From Prochlorococcus sp. AG-409-D09 (GTDB lineage: Bacteria; Cyanobacteriota; Cyanobacteriia; PCC-6307; Cyanobiaceae), in the NCBI GenBank assembly GCA_003215935.1, contig QCJQ01000001.1, positions 11,731 to 75,730 of the forward strand: a stretch of DNA of 64,000 nucleotides, in the 5' to 3' direction. A program made the position numbers and the translations under genes. Each line of letters begins with the position of its first letter. Position 1 is the stretch's first letter. Below, in pieces: positions 22,385 through 33,074 of this stretch. A model generated the notes under the pieces. That model saw only the letters and a list, made by a program, of their open reading frames with translations. It was not told the origin of the DNA and made no database searches.

Positions 22385-22603
22385 TTAGTCATCATAAACT
22401 AAACATTCAGGCTCATCAGGATTTGCCTCGCAGAACAGCTCTAAGGCATTTGGGTCATGTTTGTCCTCAGGATGATGCTCCTTATATTCCTCAAGAGAAT
22501 GAAGCTCTTCAGTTAAGTGCCTTACCTTTGGATCATTTCCTTCAGCTTTGGCTGATTTGATCTCAGATTGATCTTTAAGAATGTGCTCGTCGATGGTGTT
22601 CAT
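22385..22603 (-). CDS. cp12: CP12 (marine picocyanobacterial variant)
   Basis: C-terminal LELFCEANPDEPECLVYDD motif. Confidence 0.9.
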   Translation of the reverse strand: MNTIDEHILKDQSEIKSAKAEGNDPKVRHLTEELHSLEEYKEHHPEDKHDPNALELFCEANPDEPECLVYDD

Positions 22604-22786
22604 AAAATCTTGGATGAAACCTGGTCGCGTTCGACTTTTATAAGATAATTATCCTTCAGGAATATGCAAAACATCGATACGTGCTCTGGTTGGATTTCCA
22701 CACCAAATGCAAAAAAAAGGTATCAATTATTACTGTTTAATCCTTCTCGATTGTTGGTGAGAGCTGATTTTTTATATTTATTGGCT

Positions 22787-23422
22787 TTAAATTGCTTTTT
22801 GTTTTTTGATATTTTTCATGTATTCAAAAACACTTTTATCACCAATATCAGCCTTTGCATCCGTCCCAAACTTATTTAAAGCCATAATTATTAAAAGCCC
22901 GGAAGCTATACAAATTAAAGTGAAAACAAATCTTTCATTTAGTAACTTGCTTAAACTTCCAAGTAAAGCCATAGGGATTAAGAGTGTTAAGCCTATTGCT
23001 TCTAATCTTCGGAAACAAAAGAATTCTTTAAAGCCTAACCCTGTTAGTGAAATAAATAATGGACTGATAGTAATTAGAAGATTTGATTCATATGAGATTT
23101 TAGGTATTAAATTTTCTGTGCCGAATAATATAGTAAGTATTAAAATATTAATCGTTCCTATTAACCAAAAAATTTGAAGAGCTTGATGTAATTCTCGAAT
23201 ATAGATATGAATCCAATATAAGGATAAGCCAAGTGAAATTATCATAAGAAATAACCAAATCCATACTAATTCAGGCCCTTTCAAAATCCATTGGATTAAA
23301 CCTAAGGCAAAGGAGATCCCACAAATCAATAATGAGATTCTATAAAACTTGACCTCGTTTCTATCTTTTTCTGTTATTGAATAAGGGCCATAAATTCCCT
23401 CATACTTCTTTTGGTTATCCAT
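22787..23422 (-). CDS. Integral membrane protein (DUF2301-like)
   Basis: YEGIYGPYSI...D..EV..YR, WIHIY, GLGFKEFFCF, DIGDKSVF; about 6 TM. Confidence 0.8.
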   Translation of the reverse strand: MDNQKKYEGIYGPYSITEKDRNEVKFYRISLLICGISFALGLIQWILKGPELVWIWLFLMIISLGLSLYWIHIYIRELHQALQIFWLIGTINILILTILFGTENLIPKISYESNLLITISPLFISLTGLGFKEFFCFRRLEAIGLTLLIPMALLGSLSKLLNERFVFTLICIASGLLIIMALNKFGTDAKADIGDKSVFEYMKNIKKQKAI

Positions 23423-24446
23423 TAGTAAAATTTACTGGAAATTGATTGTATTCTTTTGAAAATTGAGGAATTTCATAATTCATAATTTCTTGTAACCTTT
23501 CTCCATTTGGAATTATGTTGCTTGGGTTTAATGGAAATAATGCACCAAAATAATCCTTTCGCCATATTTCATTATCACATGTTTTAGCAACACTCCTTAA
23601 ATTAAATAGTTTTTTACGCCATTCCCAAAGATTTGGAAATGTCCAAAAAGGTTTAAGCCTGCATCCAAATAAAGGTTCATAAACTGATTCCCATCTGATG
23701 AGTGTTGGAAATAATCTTATGTCTGCCAGAGTTAGTTTTTCTCCACAAAGCCAAGGACCTTTTTTGGAAAGATGTTCTTCTACTATTTTTAAAGCATGAA
23801 AAAGCTCTTTTGATGCCTTGTTATATGCATTTTGATTCCGAGCAAAGCCACATTTGTAAACTCCATTATTTACAGATTGTTGAAGAAGGTCCTGCCATCT
23901 GTTTATATCTTTCTTTAGTTCTTTAGGAGCTAAATCTAGCTTTTCTTGAGTAGAAGGCCATTTGTTAAGTGTTTCAATGAGTTGGGCGCTTTCATTCCCA
24001 AGGATCTTAGGTTTATTTCCATTGGATCCTATTGGATCAATCAGAATAGGAACTGTTGCCCTGCTAAATGATTGATAACTATATTTTTTATATAACTCTA
24101 AAAGTGAATAACAGCCTAGTATTTCTTTTTTTAAAACCCATCTTCCAGTTTGATGGCAAGGTTCAGCTAGATGTAATTGTAGATTTGAATTTAAATTTCT
24201 GAGTTCATAAATCAACCAGGTTCTATGTGCCCAAGGACAGCTTCTACCAATAATTAATATTGGCTTATTATCTTTCGATCTATTGATAATTTCTTCTTTT
24301 GAAGGTGCGATAGATTTTTGGTATTGACTTTCCGGTCTTAGGTAATTCCCTTTTGAATCTGCAGGCCCAAGTCCTTGCATAAGTTTCTCCCATTGCCATC
24401 TCCAGCTTTTTCTTGACGCATTAACAATTATTTGAGGTATTGCCAT
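23415..24446 (-). CDS. Glutathionyl-hydroquinone reductase-like GST (YqjG/Xi class)
   Basis: SCPWAHR, ATVPIL, NESA, VNNGVYKCGFA, LADIRLFPTLIRW, NPSNIIP. Confidence 0.88.
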   Translation of the reverse strand: MAIPQIIVNASRKSWRWQWEKLMQGLGPADSKGNYLRPESQYQKSIAPSKEEIINRSKDNKPILIIGRSCPWAHRTWLIYELRNLNSNLQLHLAEPCHQTGRWVLKKEILGCYSLLELYKKYSYQSFSRATVPILIDPIGSNGNKPKILGNESAQLIETLNKWPSTQEKLDLAPKELKKDINRWQDLLQQSVNNGVYKCGFARNQNAYNKASKELFHALKIVEEHLSKKGPWLCGEKLTLADIRLFPTLIRWESVYEPLFGCRLKPFWTFPNLWEWRKKLFNLRSVAKTCDNEIWRKDYFGALFPLNPSNIIPNGERLQEIMNYEIPQFSKEYNQFPVNFTNG

Positions 24447-24485
24447 AATTTTTATTTAGATTGATAAGGAATATTTTGAAGATTT

Positions 24486-25400
24486 ATGTGTGCATTGCAA
24501 GTTTTGTTGGTTGCAGGTACTCATGGGAACGAAGAAAATGCTTCATGGCTTTTTGATCAATTAGAAAAAAAGTTATGGGGTCTAAATAAAAAAAATATAG
24601 ATGTTTTTTCAGTTATAGGAAATCCTGAAGCTAGGGAAGCAAATCTTCGTTATATTGATCGAGATTTAAACCGCTGCTTTCATTCTGATTTATTAAGTGA
24701 TATAGAAAATCAAGATTTCGAAGTTACAAGAGCAAGGTATTTACTGGATATTTTTGGACCGAGTGGGAAAATTCCCTGTCAAATTATTTTTGATTTTCAT
24801 AGCACCACTTCATATATGGGGAATAGTCTTGTGGTTTATGGAAGAAGGCCATCTGATTTAGCTTTAGCTGGATTAATTCAACACCAATTAGGACTTCCGA
24901 TTTATCTGCATGAAGGTGATCTATCTCAACAGGGATTTATGGTTACTTCTTGGCCGTGTGGACTGGTTATAGAGATAGGGGCAACACCTCAAGGCTTGCT
25001 TGTTTCAAAGACTATTATTCAAACCAAACTAGCTTTAGAGGCTTGTTTAGATCAGCTTTCTTTTGTTAGAGACAACATAGCTAATATTCCCAGAAATATT
25101 ATTATTCATAGACATATTAAAAGTATTGATTTCCCACGAGATGAGAATGGGAATCGTATTGCATTCATTCATCCAGAAAGAGAAGGTAAAGATTGGGTAA
25201 AAATAAACAAAGGAGATCCTTTATTTATGAATTCATCTGGTGAAACTTATATATATTCTGAAAATACTTCTTATATTCCTGTATTTATAAATGAAGCTTC
25301 TTACTTCGAGAAGAATATTGCGATGAGTTTTACAAAAAGAGAAATTTTGCCTTTTTCTAATAAGTGGCTTCAATCATTAAGTCAATTAATTGACAAATGA
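24486..25400 (+). CDS. Aspartoacylase-family Zn hydrolase
   Basis: GTHGNE, RYIDRDLNRCF, DFHSTT, PVFINEASY.EK. Confidence 0.92.
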   Translation: MCALQVLLVAGTHGNEENASWLFDQLEKKLWGLNKKNIDVFSVIGNPEAREANLRYIDRDLNRCFHSDLLSDIENQDFEVTRARYLLDIFGPSGKIPCQIIFDFHSTTSYMGNSLVVYGRRPSDLALAGLIQHQLGLPIYLHEGDLSQQGFMVTSWPCGLVIEIGATPQGLLVSKTIIQTKLALEACLDQLSFVRDNIANIPRNIIIHRHIKSIDFPRDENGNRIAFIHPEREGKDWVKINKGDPLFMNSSGETYIYSENTSYIPVFINEASYFEKNIAMSFTKREILPFSNKWLQSLSQLIDK

Positions 25401-25853
25401 AGATAGCTTTTATTTTTTGCTTTTGGAGTTTATAATGTGATTATGAATTCATAATTTATATTTAAAATATTTTACTTTTTACTTGATTTTTTCTAGAGAT
25501 TAATTTTGAAAATGAATTTCCGACTCAAAAAGCTATAACCCTTTCACTCCAATAAACTATTGCACCTTGAGATTCAAGTTCTATTTTTCTATGCCGAGCA
25601 TAAGATAACGGTACTTTTTCTTCAGACCTTCGTCCTTGCGCAAACCATTTAATTAGTACCACTTTCTTTTCTATAAGACATTGACCAAGAATCTTAAGAC
25701 TTTGTTAAGGCTTTATGCGGATTTTGTTTTGTATTTCTTCGCAAATTCATATTAAAGCACCCACGAATTGCATATTTTCCTTTAAGATCACTTTGGCAGG
25801 TATTACGTCTGCCCTTATATAACGTCCCAATTGGGACACTTAATTTCGTCCTC

Positions 25854-26936
25854 ATGACAACCATTAGGCAGCAGGGCTCGTCTCTGCTCAAAGGTTGGCC
25901 GGAATTCTGTGCATGGGTTACATCCACTTCTAACCGCATTTACGTTGGTTGGTTTGGTGTTTTGATGATCCCTTGCCTTCTAGCCGCGACAACCTGTTTT
26001 ATCGTTGCTTTTATCGCTGCACCTCCAGTAGATATTGACGGTATTCGCGAACCTGTAGCTGGTTCATTCTTGTATGGAAACAACATCATCTCAGGTGCTG
26101 TTGTCCCTTCAAGTAATGCAATTGGTCTTCACTTCTACCCTATTTGGGAAGCTGCAAGTCTTGATGAATGGCTTTATAACGGCGGTCCTTACCAGCTAGT
26201 TATTTTCCACTTCTTGATTGGTATTTCTGCATATATGGGTCGTCAGTGGGAGCTTTCATATCGTTTAGGTATGCGTCCTTGGATCTGTGTTGCTTATTCA
26301 GCACCAGTTTCAGCTGCTTTTGCTGTATTCCTTGTATATCCATTCGGTCAGGGTTCATTCTCTGATGGAATGCCATTGGGAATTTCTGGAACATTTAACT
26401 TCATGTTTGTTTTCCAGGCTGAGCACAATATTCTTATGCACCCATTCCATATGGCTGGTGTTGCAGGAATGTTTGGTGGAGCATTGTTCTCTGCTATGCA
26501 TGGTTCATTGGTTACATCATCACTAATTCGTGAAACCACTGGACTTGATTCTCAGAATTATGGTTACAAGTTTGGACAAGAAGAAGAGACCTATAACATC
26601 GTGGCTGCTCACGGTTATTTTGGTCGCTTGATCTTCCAATATGCAAGCTTCAACAATAGCCGTAGCCTTCACTTCTTCTTGGCTTCATGGCCAGTTATTT
26701 GTGTTTGGTTGACTTCTATGGGCATCTGCACCATGGCTTTCAACTTAAATGGCTTTAACTTTAACCAGTCTGTTGTTGATTCATCAGGCAAAGTAGTTCC
26801 TACTTGGGGCGATGTACTTAACCGTGCAAACCTTGGTATGGAAGTAATGCATGAGCGTAATGCTCATAACTTCCCTCTTGACCTTGCAGCTGCTGAGTCA
26901 ACTACAGTTGCTCTTCAGGCTCCTGCAATAGGCTGA
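25854..26936 (+). CDS. psbA: Photosystem II D1 protein (Gln130 form)
   Basis: Full D1 sequence; [19 protein letters not shown]. Confidence 0.99.
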   Translation: MTTIRQQGSSLLKGWPEFCAWVTSTSNRIYVGWFGVLMIPCLLAATTCFIVAFIAAPPVDIDGIREPVAGSFLYGNNIISGAVVPSSNAIGLHFYPIWEAASLDEWLYNGGPYQLVIFHFLIGISAYMGRQWELSYRLGMRPWICVAYSAPVSAAFAVFLVYPFGQGSFSDGMPLGISGTFNFMFVFQAEHNILMHPFHMAGVAGMFGGALFSAMHGSLVTSSLIRETTGLDSQNYGYKFGQEEETYNIVAAHGYFGRLIFQYASFNNSRSLHFFLASWPVICVWLTSMGICTMAFNLNGFNFNQSVVDSSGKVVPTWGDVLNRANLGMEVMHERNAHNFPLDLAAAESTTVALQAPAIG

Positions 26937-26968
26937 GGTTAACTTTTTAACTTTTTAAGTTTTTACCC

Positions 26969-26996
26969 CCCCCTCTTTAAAGAGGGGGTTTTTTTT
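26969..26996 (+). terminator. psbA intrinsic terminator
   Basis: CCCCCTCTTTAAAGAGGGGG palindrome followed by T8. Confidence 0.9.
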
Positions 26997-27075
26997 GCCT
27001 AATTTGTGCTTAATTGATATATTTTCATCTTTTTGTTCTTACTATTTCTTACTATTTATTCAAAATGAGTTCAGT

Positions 27076-28164
27076 ATGGGAAGTAGTTTCGGTGATTTAT
27101 TTCGTATAACCACCTTTGGTGAATCACATGGAGGTGGAGTGGGAGTAATAGTTGAAGGCTGTCCTCCTAGATTGGAATTAGATCTTGAGAAGATACAACT
27201 GGAATTAAATAGGCGGAAGCCTGGGCAAAGTAAAATAACGACTCCTAGAAAAGAATCTGATCAAATAGAAATATTGAGTGGATTGAGTGGGAATAAAACT
27301 CTCGGTACACCGATATCAATTTTGGTAAGGAATAAGGATCATAAACCCAGTGACTATGACTCTATGCAAAAGGTATTTCGTCCTTCTCATGCAGATGCAA
27401 CCTATCACGCTAAATATGGAATTCAAGCTACTAGTGGGGGAGGAAGAGCTTCGGCAAGAGAGACAATTGGCCGAGTAGCTGCTGGTGCTATAGCTAAGCA
27501 ATTATTATTTAAATTAAATCAAACAGAAGTTTTGGCATGGGTTCGTCAAATTCATAGCATTCAATCAGATGTTGATCCATTGAAAGTAACTTTTACGCAA
27601 GTTGAGTCAAATATTGTTCGTTGTCCAAATGATAATGATGCGAAGTTAATGCTTCAAAGAATAGAAGAGATCAGTAAAGAAGGAGATTCATGCGGAGGAG
27701 TCATTGAGTGCATAGTGCGAAAACCTTCTATTGGTTTAGGGATGCCAGTTTTTGATAAATTAGAAGCTGATTTAGCAAAGGCTTTAATGTCTTTGCCTGC
27801 GACAAAGGGTTTTGAAATTGGATCAGGATTTCAAGGAACTAAATTAAAGGGAAGCGAACATAATGATGCATTTATTCCTTCTGAAGATGGAAGTTTAAAG
27901 ACTTCTACAAATAATTCTGGTGGAATACAAGGAGGTATTAGTAATGGTGAGCCAATAGTTCTTCGAATTGCTTTTAAACCTACTGCGACCATTCGAAAAA
28001 GTCAGCAAACAGTTGATGCAGCAGGAAATTCAACTACATTGAGCTCTAAAGGTAGACATGACCCTTGTGTTTTACCTAGAGCTGTTCCGATGGTTGAGGC
28101 AATGGTTGCATTGGTTTTAGCTGATCATTTACTTAGAAATCATGGACAATGCCAACTTTTTTAG
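27076..28164 (+). CDS. aroC: Chorismate synthase
   Basis: [49 protein letters not shown]. Confidence 0.98.
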   Translation: MGSSFGDLFRITTFGESHGGGVGVIVEGCPPRLELDLEKIQLELNRRKPGQSKITTPRKESDQIEILSGLSGNKTLGTPISILVRNKDHKPSDYDSMQKVFRPSHADATYHAKYGIQATSGGGRASARETIGRVAAGAIAKQLLFKLNQTEVLAWVRQIHSIQSDVDPLKVTFTQVESNIVRCPNDNDAKLMLQRIEEISKEGDSCGGVIECIVRKPSIGLGMPVFDKLEADLAKALMSLPATKGFEIGSGFQGTKLKGSEHNDAFIPSEDGSLKTSTNNSGGIQGGISNGEPIVLRIAFKPTATIRKSQQTVDAAGNSTTLSSKGRHDPCVLPRAVPMVEAMVALVLADHLLRNHGQCQLF

Positions 28165-28185
28165 TAGATCTTCTATTCCTTCATC

Positions 28186-28875
28186 CTAAACATATTTTTT
28201 TTTATGTATTTTTAACCAGGTTAGTAATGTTTTAGATATCTTTTCCCCTTTTATTAATTTTTTGCCTAAAGCAACAGCACTAAAGCCTTTTTTGAGCCAT
28301 ATATCTATTTCTTCTGGGTCTATTCCGCCGGCAGCAATTATAAAGGGTAGCGAATTAATAGAAGATTGAATTCTTTCTAAGTAATCTTTTCCTAAAATTG
28401 ATGCTGGAAACAATTTTATTATTTGGCTTTCATAAGAAATCGCTTGTTGAATTTCTGTAGGTGAAAAAACACCTGGTATAAGAACTTGATTTTTATCTTT
28501 GGCTTTTTTTTGAAGATTGGGATCCCAAAAAGGTGACATCGCATAAGAAAAATTAAGTTCTATTATTTCATTTAATCCAAATTCATTTATTATTGAAGCT
28601 GCACCAAGGTTAATACTTGGGAATTTGCTTCTTATTTTTATTATAAGATCTTTCCATTTATGATGATCAGTCCATGCTATTTCTATATTTTTGATTCCTA
28701 AAAGATGAAGATTTTCAATCCTATTTAGAAAGATCTTCTCGTGTTCTTTACTTTCAAAAACTTTATTACTAGCTCTTAAAACTATAATTAATGGCTGTTT
28801 AGAAAATTCTTGTATCAATTGATTTTGTTGAAACAAGAATTCGTTTTTTATTTTATTTTTAGGCGTATTCTGCAA
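28186..28875 (-). CDS. eda: KDPG/KHG aldolase-family protein (divergent)
   Basis: PLIIVLR, IEI, PGVFSPTEI, KLFPA (Schiff-base Lys), AAGGI. Confidence 0.8.
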   Translation of the reverse strand: MQNTPKNKIKNEFLFQQNQLIQEFSKQPLIIVLRASNKVFESKEHEKIFLNRIENLHLLGIKNIEIAWTDHHKWKDLIIKIRSKFPSINLGAASIINEFGLNEIIELNFSYAMSPFWDPNLQKKAKDKNQVLIPGVFSPTEIQQAISYESQIIKLFPASILGKDYLERIQSSINSLPFIIAAGGIDPEEIDIWLKKGFSAVALGKKLIKGEKISKTLLTWLKIHKKKYV

Positions 28876-30706
28876 CTTTTACTTCATGTCGTATTAAAAG
28901 GTCTTGAAATTCTTGAGAGTCAACTGTTTCCTTATCTATTAATAATTGAGTTAATTCCTCTAAAACATTTTTATTATCAATTAAAGCTTTAGTTGCTCTT
29001 TGGTAAGCAACTTCCACTAAATCTGATACTTCTGAATCGATAGTTGCCGCTGTATCTTCAGAGAAATCTCTTTCAGATGCAATATCTCTACCTAAGAACA
29101 TTCCTCCCTGTGATCGGCCTAAAGCAACAGGACCTATTTTGTCACTCATTCCAAATTTAGTAACCATTTGCCTAGCAACTTGAGCAACTTGCTTTAAGTC
29201 ATTTGAAGCTCCTGTCGTAACTTCATCTTCTCCATAAATTATTTCTTCAGCTACTCTTCCGCCTAAAGCTACAGCCATTTGATTTTGAAGATAAGCTCGA
29301 GAATATAGACCTGATTCCATTCGTTCTTCACTTGGAGTAAAGAAAGTAAGTCCACCAGCTTGACCTCTTGGAATAATAGAAATCTTTTGAACTGGGTCGT
29401 AATCAGGCATAACTGCTCCAACAATTGCATGCCCAGCTTCATGATATGCAACTAGCTTTTTTCTTTTATCGCTAATTACTCGATCTTTTTTTTCTGGTCC
29501 AACCATTACTCGTTCTATAGCATCACTTATTTCGTCATTACTTACTTCAGTTAGGTCTCTTCTGGCAGCAAGTATTGCTCCTTCATTTAGCAAATTTGCT
29601 AAATCAGCTCCAGTAAAACCTGGCGTTCTTCTTGCAATTTGATCAAGATCAACATCTTTGGAAAGTGTTTTCCCTCTTGCGTGAACATTGAGAATTTGTA
29701 ATCTGCCGGCATAATCTGGTCTGTCAACGGTAACTTGCCTGTCGAACCTACCTGGCCTCATAAGTGCTGAATCAAGTACATCGGGTCTATTAGTAGCGGC
29801 AACGATAATTATTCCTGTATTACCTTCGAATCCATCCATTTCAGTTAATAATTGATTTAATGTTTGTTCTCTTTCGTCATTACCTCCCCCTAGACCTGCG
29901 CCTCTTTGGCGACCGACAGCATCAATTTCATCAATAAAAACTATACATGGAGCATTTTTCTTGGCTTGTTCAAAAAGATCTCGAACTCTGCTAGCACCAA
30001 CTCCAACAAACATTTCAACAAATTCTGATCCAGAGATAGAAAAGAATGGAACAGAAGCTTCTCCTGCTACAGCTTTTGCAAGAAGTGTTTTCCCCGTCCC
30101 CGGTGGTCCAACTAAGAGAACACCCTTGGGTATTTTTGCTCCAACTGCTGTAAATCTATCTGGATTTTTTAAGAAATCGACTACTTCCGTTAATTCGAGT
30201 TTGGCTCCTTCAATACCTGCCACATCCCCAAAAGTGACTTGGGTCGAAGGCTCCATTTGTAACCTTGCCTTGCTTTTTCCAAAATTCATTGCAGGATTAC
30301 CACCATTACTGGCTCCTCCTCTTCGGAAAAGGAAAAATAGTCCACCTAGCAGTAGAACTGGAAAAATCAGACTTGTTGCAGCTTGTTGAAACGGATTTGG
30401 TTGGCTAGATGGTTGAACTGCAATATCTACATTGTTTTCTGTAAGTAATTGAAGAAGATCTTGATCTGGTGCAAGGTTTACAACTGCTCTACCTCCATCA
30501 TTTTCAACGACTTGGGCAGTTGATTTGTCAGGTGAAATTAAGATCCTGCTTATTTGTTTGTCTTGTACAGCTTCTATAAAAGAGCTATATCTGAGGGTTC
30601 TTGTAGTATTCGATGGGCCTGGCTTATCAAAGAAAGCACTCCCTATAAAGATTACTACTACAACCATAAGGATGTAGAGAGCAATGTTTCTCCAGCGTTT
30701 GTTCAC
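28859..30706 (-). CDS. ftsH: ATP-dependent Zn metalloprotease FtsH
   Basis: 2 [25 protein letters not shown]. Confidence 0.98.
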   Translation of the reverse strand: MNKRWRNIALYILMVVVVIFIGSAFFDKPGPSNTTRTLRYSSFIEAVQDKQISRILISPDKSTAQVVENDGGRAVVNLAPDQDLLQLLTENNVDIAVQPSSQPNPFQQAATSLIFPVLLLGGLFFLFRRGGASNGGNPAMNFGKSKARLQMEPSTQVTFGDVAGIEGAKLELTEVVDFLKNPDRFTAVGAKIPKGVLLVGPPGTGKTLLAKAVAGEASVPFFSISGSEFVEMFVGVGASRVRDLFEQAKKNAPCIVFIDEIDAVGRQRGAGLGGGNDEREQTLNQLLTEMDGFEGNTGIIIVAATNRPDVLDSALMRPGRFDRQVTVDRPDYAGRLQILNVHARGKTLSKDVDLDQIARRTPGFTGADLANLLNEGAILAARRDLTEVSNDEISDAIERVMVGPEKKDRVISDKRKKLVAYHEAGHAIVGAVMPDYDPVQKISIIPRGQAGGLTFFTPSEERMESGLYSRAYLQNQMAVALGGRVAEEIIYGEDEVTTGASNDLKQVAQVARQMVTKFGMSDKIGPVALGRSQGGMFLGRDIASERDFSEDTAATIDSEVSDLVEVAYQRATKALIDNKNVLEELTQLLIDKETVDSQEFQDLLIRHEVKVAEYA

Positions 30707-30752
30707 GGATCTTTTCTGTCTTGTTTATGAATGTTAATAGGCTTAAGGTCAT

Positions 30753-31925
30753 TTATGCGGCTCTTAGAACTTCAACCACGCTTTTAAATGCGAACCATTC
30801 TGGAATGTCTTCACCATTTCTAAGCATTTTCCTGAATTGAGTGCCGCTTAGTTTTTTTATATGAAGGCCTAATTTCTCTGCATGGTCAGCTGATACGTAT
30901 CCTTCTTCTTCTGTATACACTAAATTTAATGATGGCACTGTATCCATGCTTAGTTCTTTTGCACAAGCTTTAGCAAAATCTTGAGCAGCATATGGACTAT
31001 AGAAATCTTCACCGGTCATATTTGATTTACATCCAGCCATATCTCTGCCAATTATGAAATGAGTGCATCCATAATTCCTTCGAATAATCATGTGTTGAAG
31101 TGCTTCTCTTGGACCTGCCATATGCATCGAATAAGGTAAATATGACCATTTTATTCTTGGATTTTTTACTTCAGCGGCTAGTTTTTCATAACTTTGAAAC
31201 CTAATATTTCCTGGAATATCATCTTGCTGAGTTGGTCCACATGTTGGATGGACTAAAACTACTGCTCCTTTGCTGACATTGTTGGCATGAAGTGCCCTGG
31301 TAAATAATTCATAATGGGCTCTATGAATAGGATTTCTACATTGGAAAGCTACTACATCTTCTCCTTGTGGTAATTCTGCTCTTACTTGTAAAGGTGTTTT
31401 ACAAGGGAAAATTCTTTTAGGAAGTTCTAGTCCTTTTAATTTTCCTCCTATATAAAACCGTTTCCTTTCCATTGCTATCATCCTGACTGCAGGATGTTCA
31501 AGAGATGTTGTTCCATAGCAGGATTTTGCTTCTTTGACTTTGTCAGGCTCCCATATTTCTTCAATATCAAGTACTGCTAAATTTTGATTTTTGTAGGTAA
31601 GTAGAATTTTCTCTCCTTCCTTGAAACCTTCATCATCAGTATCTAAAACAATGGGCAGTCCAAATAAAAATCCATCAATTGTTCTATTTGTAGCTACAAC
31701 TGAGTCATAATCAGCCTTTTGCATAAATCCTTTAAGCGGAGAAAATCCTCCAATTGTCAATAATTCGATATCACAGGCATTTCTGTCTGAGCATTCAAGT
31801 TTTTTAGTAGCTGTTTCTTTGACTGGTTCCTTTTCATTCTCAGAGACCATGAGATCTACTATTTCTCCTCCATAAGGAGCTATTAGTCCTGATCTTTTAG
31901 ATAAGGTGGAATTACTATTAACCAT
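30753..31925 (-). CDS. sat: Sulfate adenylyltransferase
   Basis: GGFSPLKGFM, FQCRNPIHRAH, AGPREA, HFIIGRDMAG, LSGTQFR. Confidence 0.97.
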   Translation of the reverse strand: MVNSNSTLSKRSGLIAPYGGEIVDLMVSENEKEPVKETATKKLECSDRNACDIELLTIGGFSPLKGFMQKADYDSVVATNRTIDGFLFGLPIVLDTDDEGFKEGEKILLTYKNQNLAVLDIEEIWEPDKVKEAKSCYGTTSLEHPAVRMIAMERKRFYIGGKLKGLELPKRIFPCKTPLQVRAELPQGEDVVAFQCRNPIHRAHYELFTRALHANNVSKGAVVLVHPTCGPTQQDDIPGNIRFQSYEKLAAEVKNPRIKWSYLPYSMHMAGPREALQHMIIRRNYGCTHFIIGRDMAGCKSNMTGEDFYSPYAAQDFAKACAKELSMDTVPSLNLVYTEEEGYVSADHAEKLGLHIKKLSGTQFRKMLRNGEDIPEWFAFKSVVEVLRAA

Positions 31926-32000
31926 TCTTACTCAATAAAGTAAGTTTAAATTCTCCCAGATGGTGGGGCAAAAAAGGGAATCTATGAAAGTAAAATAGTT

Positions 32001-32032
32001 AAAAAAAAAGAGGCCTAATGGCCTCTTTTTTT
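32001..32032. terminator. Intrinsic terminator after psbO
   Basis: A9-GAGGCC-taat-GGCCTC-T7. Confidence 0.88.
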
Positions 32033-32047
32033 ATTCTGATAATTTAA

Positions 32048-32854
32048 CTAGGCTTTTTGGCCATAAAGAATACCAGTTATTTTGACATCTACTGGTTCTT
32101 TAGATCCAAGGTCATTGTCAGAAGGCTGAATTGCGACAAAGGTTCCACCAAATTCGTTGGTATCAGAATCAACGTTATCTATTGATAGGGTGATTTGACC
32201 TTTACCACTTAGATCTTGCTTTACATTCTCTTTGGCTAGATCTTCATCATCACCACCTAAAGCAACAAGGCCTTGTGCATATTCAACACCTGTGTCTTTA
32301 GCTCTACTTTTTGGATCAAGAAAGTCACCTGTTCTGTAACTAGGCGTAAAAGTAGTTCCAGAAAACTCTGCTCCTGGCTCTAAAGACTTACCTTTTTTGG
32401 CATCAGCAACCATGTCTTTAACAGAGAAGGCGAATGGAAACTCTTCTCCATTAGGAGCTAATACTGTGATTAGGGAGAAATCAAGTCCACCTTGTTCGGT
32501 GAACTTTCCACCTGATAGATCACCATAAACTTCATCAATACTAGTATTGAAACGAGGACTGATGATTTTTGCTGGGACGAAATCAGATTTTTGACGCTTT
32601 GAACCTTGAAGCTTTACGAAAACTTCTGTTGGTTGAAGACAAAGACTTTTGAAATTTCCATCAGCATTGATGGAGTCCGTAGCATTAGCAGGGAGAGTAG
32701 TGCACTCTCCTGCTTTCCCGGTATTTACTACGTTCCCAAATCGGGCATTACCCCTTTCAGGACCTTTAACGAACGCGGCAGAGACACTAGTTGGTGCAGC
32801 TGCAAAAGTTAGGCAAAAAGCTAGCACCAAGGCCAGCAAAGGACGAAATCGCAT
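32048..32854 (-). CDS. psbO: Photosystem II manganese-stabilising protein
   Basis: Signal peptide MRFRPLLALVLAFCL; Cys pair; PSYRTGDFLDPKSR; QPSDNDLGSKEP. Confidence 0.96.
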   Translation of the reverse strand: MRFRPLLALVLAFCLTFAAAPTSVSAAFVKGPERGNARFGNVVNTGKAGECTTLPANATDSINADGNFKSLCLQPTEVFVKLQGSKRQKSDFVPAKIISPRFNTSIDEVYGDLSGGKFTEQGGLDFSLITVLAPNGEEFPFAFSVKDMVADAKKGKSLEPGAEFSGTTFTPSYRTGDFLDPKSRAKDTGVEYAQGLVALGGDDEDLAKENVKQDLSGKGQITLSIDNVDSDTNEFGGTFVAIQPSDNDLGSKEPVDVKITGILYGQKA

Positions 32855-33074
32855 GAGAGGAAGCCGAAAGGGCTAGTTGACTGCGGTAGGTAACCGCCCA
32901 ATTAATTCAGTTGGGATATTACAAGGGTAAAATGACCGTATTGGCATGCCTTTTGCAGCTCTATACAAGCCGTAGCTTATTGAAAAAGAGATTCTTCACC
33001 TTTAATTCTAGAAATTCCTTTAATTGCAAGGCTTTTCGGTTGCGAAAAGAAAAAAAAGAATTTTTAGGTTTTAA

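Noticed and set aside
25401..25690. Long spacer before psbA as a possible sRNA locus
   Set aside because: No recognisable ncRNA motif or terminator; cannot be supported without expression data
26995..27075. Extended N-termini in the ORF track (aroC; likewise rplJ, nusG, ileS, glyA, murJ)
   Set aside because: Longest-ORF artefacts; conserved sequence starts at downstream codons
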